Assembly (NCBI GenBank): GCA_038874075.1
Contig: JAVZDD010000006.1
Coordinates: 1,790 to 33,789, forward strand
DNA length: 32,000 bases
Direction of reading: 5' to 3'
DNA from: Candidatus Nanoarchaeia archaeon
GTDB taxonomy: Archaea > Nanobdellota > Nanobdellia > Jingweiarchaeales > Jingweiarchaeaceae
Shown here: piece after piece, positions 27,695 through 32,000 of the stretch
Position numbering within the stretch: position 1 is the first letter of the stretch
Layout: each line of letters starts with the position of its first letter
Translations under genes and position numbers: made by a program
Notes under the pieces: generated by a model
What the model saw: the letters and a program-made list of their open reading frames with translations, nothing else
Told to the model about the DNA's origin: nothing
The model's database searches: none

Positions 27695-28310
27695 ATCTGC
27701 AGAACCTTTTTATTGGACACATTTCACACTTTGGCTTGGATGTTCTGCATATCTCTTTTCCGAATTCAACAAATAGAAAATTAACCAATTTTTTATCTTT
27801 TTCTTTGACAAGTGCTTCAATCTTTTCCTTTATTTTTTCGTAGCCATCTTTTTCATCTACAATACCCAGCCTTTTCGCCACAACAGCAACGTGAACATCA
27901 ACCGGTATCGTAGCAACACCATAACCAAAGCATAAAACACAATCAGCTGTTTTTTTACCAACACCAGGTAAATTGATCAATACTTCTCTTTCCCTTGGCA
28001 CTTTCCCATTATATCTCTCTTTCAATATCTTTGCAATCTCCTTTATCCTCTTCGCCTTTATTCGATAAAAACCAACAGGTCTTATCGTCTCCTCGATTTC
28101 CTTCACATCAGCATTTATAAAATCATCAATTTTCTTAAACTTTTTAAACAATTTTTTTGAAGCTTCATGTGTGATTTCATCCCTTGTCCTTTGTGAAAGT
28201 AAAGTTGTGAACAAAACATGTAATGGTTCATCTTTATATTTAACAACATGGTATCTTCTTTTGAGTATATGTATGACATCATCCAAAAAATTATTTGAAG
28301 GATTCTTCAC
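27684..28310 (-). CDS. nth: Endonuclease III
   Basis: HhH motif INLPGVGKKTADCVL, catalytic Asp region VDVHVAVVAKRLG, and FeS cluster C-x6-C-x2-C-x5-C. Start probably GTG at 28310; the ORF-track start at 28349 is a TTG without support. Confidence 0.92.
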   Translation of the reverse strand: MKNPSNNFLDDVIHILKRRYHVVKYKDEPLHVLFTTLLSQRTRDEITHEASKKLFKKFKKIDDFINADVKEIEETIRPVGFYRIKAKRIKEIAKILKERYNGKVPREREVLINLPGVGKKTADCVLCFGYGVATIPVDVHVAVVAKRLGIVDEKDGYEKIKEKIEALVKEKDKKLVNFLFVEFGKEICRTSKPKCEMCPIKRFCRYVN

Positions 28311-28833
28311 CCCAACACACCGAACAGCTTGCTTTCTTTCTTTTTTCAATCACATCAATAATCTCTTTAACTACTTCATCTATCTTTCTTTTGCTTGTGT
28401 CTATCTCATGCACTTTATGTCCATTCTTTAATGCTTCATAAGTGCATACACCAACTATCTCAGCTTCAACATTTTCTATTATTTTTTCTTTTTTGTATCC
28501 TTTACTTTCCAATCTTCTCTTCAATTCTCTTGGATTACACCTAAGTACAATACAAATTTCACAGAATTTTGGTTTTGCCACATGCGCAAAATGTGAATCC
28601 ACAATTACCTGCTTGTCTATTTTTTTTATGATGCTTTCTATGTCCTGCGCAAATCTTTCTTCATCGACAATCTTTATTTTTCTTTTTTTATCATAGCCAA
28701 TAACAACTTTTTTATCTATTTTAATTACATCATCAATACCCACAACAATTGCGTCTAATCTCTTCGCTAAAACCTTAGCAATCCTTGTTTTCCCAGTTCC
28801 AGGTGTCCCCGAAATCAATATTGCTTTTTTCAT
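28291..28833 (-). CDS. Adenylate kinase-like (Fap7/AK6-type) NTPase
   Basis: MKKAILISGTPGTGKTRIAKVLAKRL; VDSHFAH and RCNPRELKRRLESKGYKKEKIIENVEAEI are characteristic of Fap7/AK6. Confidence 0.88.
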   Translation of the reverse strand: MKKAILISGTPGTGKTRIAKVLAKRLDAIVVGIDDVIKIDKKVVIGYDKKRKIKIVDEERFAQDIESIIKKIDKQVIVDSHFAHVAKPKFCEICIVLRCNPRELKRRLESKGYKKEKIIENVEAEIVGVCTYEALKNGHKVHEIDTSKRKIDEVVKEIIDVIEKRKKASCSVCWGEESFK

Positions 28834-29426
28834 AATTCAATTACAACTCCTTTTTTCCCCGCATTTATTACTTTTGTTTTCTTAACAAAATCTTCCTCTC
28901 CAGCATGCTCGTGTATATGACCACATATACAGATTTCCACATCAGCACTTTCGATGAAATCTCTAATGGATTTGCTTCCAGTGTGCATTCCAAGCAGATG
29001 ATCTAATTTTGTTTTATAAGGTGGGTTATGGGTGACGAGCACAATTTTATTTAAATTTAAAAAACTTGAAAGAAGCCTTTTAAATTCACTCTCACTAATT
29101 TCATAAGGTGTAAAAAAAGGCGTTGGGAGGGAGCCACCAATCCCAACAAAGTTGTAATTTCCAATTCTCTCACTTTTTCCATGTATGAATTTAAAATTAT
29201 ACTTCTTGCAAATTTCTAATAAAATTTCAGGTCTTTCACTATTGCCAGGTATGATGAAAATTTCCTTGTTTGCCTTAGCCAATTCCGCGCAACTTCTTTC
29301 TAGGCCAGTTCCGAATGTGCTGATATCACCTGCACAAACTAAGAAATCCACTTCATCCGCCCTTTCTATGAGCTTTCTAATTGCTTCCAAATCTTGATGT
29401 ACATCGGAAAAGGCAAGAAATTTCAT
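28830..29426 (-). CDS. Calcineurin-like metallophosphoesterase
   Basis: FSDVHQDLEAI, CAGDISTFG, IPGNSERPE, VTHNPPYKTKLD, CGHIHEHAG. Confidence 0.88.
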   Translation of the reverse strand: MKFLAFSDVHQDLEAIRKLIERADEVDFLVCAGDISTFGTGLERSCAELAKANKEIFIIPGNSERPEILLEICKKYNFKFIHGKSERIGNYNFVGIGGSLPTPFFTPYEISESEFKRLLSSFLNLNKIVLVTHNPPYKTKLDHLLGMHTGSKSIRDFIESADVEICICGHIHEHAGEEDFVKKTKVINAGKKGVVIEL

Positions 29427-30967
29427 TTTGCTTCGACTCTTATACTCGCTTTGTACTTCTTTTCTAACTTTTTTATTCTTTTTCCCTTCCTTCCTACTAT
29501 ATTTGCAATCTGTTCCTTTGGTACAATGATCAACACATTACTACCATTTACTTCTATACTAGCAGTAGGTGCAATCTCACCAAGTTCTTCTTCTATCTTT
29601 TCTCTTAACCCGGCCTTTCTCCTTATTGGCACAACAACAGTTTCTTCTCCAAATGTGTACATCTCATATTCTAGTTGTTTTGTTAAAAAGTCCCTAATTT
29701 CAATTACAGGCCTTGATAGATCTCTCTCCCTCATTCCACTTGGCATCTTCACCGTCATCTTCAATTCGTACACCTTTGCAACATTTCCACCCTGCATGAA
29801 TATCACAGTATCAATAATACTTGGTATCATACCGAGTTCAACTCTCCTCACAAATCTTTGTATTGCATCAATTGCAGTCGATGCATGTATCACACCAATC
29901 ATACCAATTCCAGCTAATCGCATATCTGAATATAACTTAAAATCTGGATCATCTCTCATTTCATCAAATATTGTATAATCTGGTCTTGAGAGTAAGAGTA
30001 TGTCGTGTATCTCTTCACTCGTCCCCAATTGCTTTGAATACTGTGTGATCTCATCAGGTAAAATTAAGTCCCTAGGGCTTTCTACTGTTTTCACAATTTT
30101 CCCCTTTTTCTGATAAAATTCAGCCAAAGCTTGCGCCATTGTTGTTTTTCCATGACCAGGTGGCCCAGCAATTAATATTCCTTCTGCCTTTTCCTCAAAC
30201 CTTTTTATCAACTCCTTAGGTAAGTTATAATCCTCGATATTTAATTTCACCAAAGGTCTAGCTGCCGTTATCTCCCAACCATCAGAAAATGGAGGCCTCG
30301 TAATTATTATTCGATAATTCTTTAATTGAACGATTGTCGAACCTTTCCTATCAATCTCAACGAACCCTTTCTTATTCGTTCTCGCGAACTCAACAATTTC
30401 CTTTGCAATTTCCTCGATTTCCTCTTTTTTAAGTCGCTCATCACCAATTTTTACAAATTGCCAATTTCCAGGCTTACCTTTTTTTGCATATGGAAAAACA
30501 TTTTCTTTTAAGTGAACACTCATTGTTTCATTATCAAAAAACTTCTCAAGTTCCAACTTCTCTTTTTTTGGCCTTAATTCAATATAAATTGTTTCAACAC
30601 CCATTGCTCTTGCAGCTTCTGCTTGTACAAGATCACCAGTAATCAGACAGGCACTCTTCTCCACTGCCAGTTCGCGGATTAAAGCATCTATCTCGCCAGC
30701 CTTTGCATATTTTATTTCCATACTACTGGGTCTAACCCCAGTAAATTCTAATTCAATCTTTTTCTCATTAGCCAATTCTCTCAGTCTTCTTAACTCATCA
30801 AGACCAGCCAATCCGATTGGTTTTCCAAAATTTGCCTGATTCTCAAGTTCGGAGATCACTGCGTTGTGAATAATTATCCTACCTTTTATTTCACCCTTCA
30901 AAATCAAATCAGAAACAACTCTTTCTATGATTACACTGGTATCTGGCACATATAATTTTTTTTCCAT
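29423..30967 (-). CDS. PINc-domain / secretion-type ATPase / KH-domain fusion protein
   Basis: PIN domain (VPDTSVIIERVVSDLI...ALIRELAVEKSACLITGDLVQAEAARAMG), Walker A ILIAGPPGHGKTTMAQAL, ATPase region YTIFDEMRDDPDFKLYSDMRLAGIGMIGVIHA, and KH core VPKEQIANIVGRKGKRIKKLEKK. Confidence 0.92.
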   Translation of the reverse strand: MEKKLYVPDTSVIIERVVSDLILKGEIKGRIIIHNAVISELENQANFGKPIGLAGLDELRRLRELANEKKIELEFTGVRPSSMEIKYAKAGEIDALIRELAVEKSACLITGDLVQAEAARAMGVETIYIELRPKKEKLELEKFFDNETMSVHLKENVFPYAKKGKPGNWQFVKIGDERLKKEEIEEIAKEIVEFARTNKKGFVEIDRKGSTIVQLKNYRIIITRPPFSDGWEITAARPLVKLNIEDYNLPKELIKRFEEKAEGILIAGPPGHGKTTMAQALAEFYQKKGKIVKTVESPRDLILPDEITQYSKQLGTSEEIHDILLLSRPDYTIFDEMRDDPDFKLYSDMRLAGIGMIGVIHASTAIDAIQRFVRRVELGMIPSIIDTVIFMQGGNVAKVYELKMTVKMPSGMRERDLSRPVIEIRDFLTKQLEYEMYTFGEETVVVPIRRKAGLREKIEEELGEIAPTASIEVNGSNVLIIVPKEQIANIVGRKGKRIKKLEKKYKASIRVEAK

Positions 30968-30996
30968 ATCAAATAAACAAATAAATCTAATTTAAA

Positions 30997-32000
30997 TTAC
31001 TTTGCTTTTATTACTTTTATTCCGTTCATATAAGGAACAAGCACATCTGGAATTTTTACAGAACCATCTTCTTGTTGGTAGATTTCTAATATTGCCATCA
31101 TCGTTCTACTCGTCGCGAGCGCAGTGTTGTTTAATGTGTGCACATAACCAGCAGGGGGTAAACCTTCTTTTTCCCTATACTTTATATTCAATCTTCTAGC
31201 TTGGTAATCAGTGCAATTTGAGTTCGAGCCAACTTCTCTATACTTTCCATCAACCATCCATACTTCTATATCATACTTTTTAGCCGCAATTGTACCAATG
31301 TCCCCAGAACAAACATTAACAACACGGTAAGGTAATTTAAGCGCTTTGTATAAATCTTCTGAATTTTTTTGCAATTCTTCATGAAGTTTCCACGAGTCGT
31401 TTGGATGACAAAATATGAATTGTTCCACCTTATTGAATTGATGCATCCTAAACAATCCCTTTGTATATTTTCCATGTGCTCCAACTTCCTTTCTAAAACA
31501 GGGGCTAACTCCAACGAGTTTTATTGGCAATTCTTTAGCATTTATTGTTTCATTCATAAACATTGCTGCTAACGGATGTTCAGCTGTTGCGATCAAATAC
31601 AAATCTTCTTTTTCAATCTTGTACATTACATTTTCAAAATCAGCTAAATCCACAACACCCTCATATGGTTTTCTTCTTATCATGAATGGCGGTTCAATTA
31701 ATATGTATCCTCTCTTCATTAAGAAATCGATTGCAAACCTAATGATTGCATAATCTAAAAGCACAAGCTCATTTTTAAAGTAATAGAAACCCTTCCCTGC
31801 CACTTTTGCAGCTCTTTCTTGGTCAATGATCCCAAGCCCCAATGCAATTTCCAAGTGGTTTTTTGGTTTGAAATTAAATTTTGGTATCGTTCCCCATCTT
31901 CTTATTTCAACATTATCATTCTCATCCTTACCAATCGGTACGGATTCATGCAAGATGTTGGGTAATTTGTATAATATCTCATCTATTCTGTTTTTATATT
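30997..32000 (-). CDS. serS: Seryl-tRNA synthetase, partial (N-terminus beyond window end)
   Basis: Class II motifs GYILIEPPFMIRR, VSPCFRKEVGAHGKYTKGLFRMHQFNKVEQF, EVGSNSNCTDYQARRLNIKYR, HTLNNTALATSRTMMAILE. Reading frame stays open upstream (IDEILYKLPNILHESVPIG). Confidence 0.94.
   Translation of the reverse strand, partial: YKNRIDEILYKLPNILHESVPIGKDENDNVEIRRWGTIPKFNFKPKNHLEIALGLGIIDQERAAKVAGKGFYYFKNELVLLDYAIIRFAIDFLMKRGYILIEPPFMIRRKPYEGVVDLADFENVMYKIEKEDLYLIATAEHPLAAMFMNETINAKELPIKLVGVSPCFRKEVGAHGKYTKGLFRMHQFNKVEQFIFCHPNDSWKLHEELQKNSEDLYKALKLPYRVVNVCSGDIGTIAAKKYDIEVWMVDGKYREVGSNSNCTDYQARRLNIKYREKEGLPPAGYVHTLNNTALATSRTMMAILEIYQQEDGSVKIPDVLVPYMNGIKVIKAK

Noticed and set aside
29394-29978. 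194-aa plus-strand ORF
   Set aside because: Antisense to the PINc-KH ATPase coding region, with no recognisable domain.
1-32000. CRISPR array, transposon, prophage, restriction or toxin-antitoxin system
   Set aside because: No regularly spaced direct repeats of CRISPR type, transposase motifs, phage structural genes, or methylase/nuclease pairs were found. Gene content is housekeeping throughout.

Overview
This 32 kb window is a dense block of archaeal core genes. Overall character (small overlapping genes, archaeal aIF5A/aRF1/PolD, GGTG-type Shine-Dalgarno sites, a conserved small family known from DPANN-type genomes) suggests a DPANN-like archaeon, but this is inference only. Order: Toprim protein (partial) / hypothetical / CBS protein / aCPSF1 (KH-beta-CASP RNase) / proteasome beta / GT2 / UbiA-like / proS (all minus); metG (+); tRNA-Ile(GAU) and HTH-CBS regulator (-); S-adenosylmethionine synthetase (+); novel membrane protein (-); phosphoesterase, aRF1 and aIF5A (+); PfkB kinase, CDP-alcohol phosphatidyltransferase, PHP, CDP-archaeol synthase, UPF0201-like and RPA-like (-); wHTH regulator, Orc1/Cdc6, PolD DP1 and DP2, ECF S-component-like and DUF4430-like (+); TctA-like, nth, Fap7-like kinase, phosphoesterase, PINc-KH ATPase and serS (partial) (-). 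No CRISPR array, transposon, prophage, or recognisable defence system was seen. Most noteworthy are: (i) a probable replication origin of about 200 bp directly upstream of orc1/cdc6, with six TCCA-N3-GAAA-like elements, four of them in one orientation at 31/22/22 bp spacing, plus pure A/T tracts; (ii) a NIKS->NIKL substitution in the stop-codon recognition motif of aRF1; (iii) an ECF S-component-like gene and a DUF4430 (transcobalamin C-terminal-like) gene overlapping in different frames; (iv) an HTH-CBS regulator divergent from S-adenosylmethionine synthetase, with a tandem 13-bp repeat over its start codon; (v) a UbiA-like protein with degenerate Asp motifs, coupled to a GT2 and to proS.
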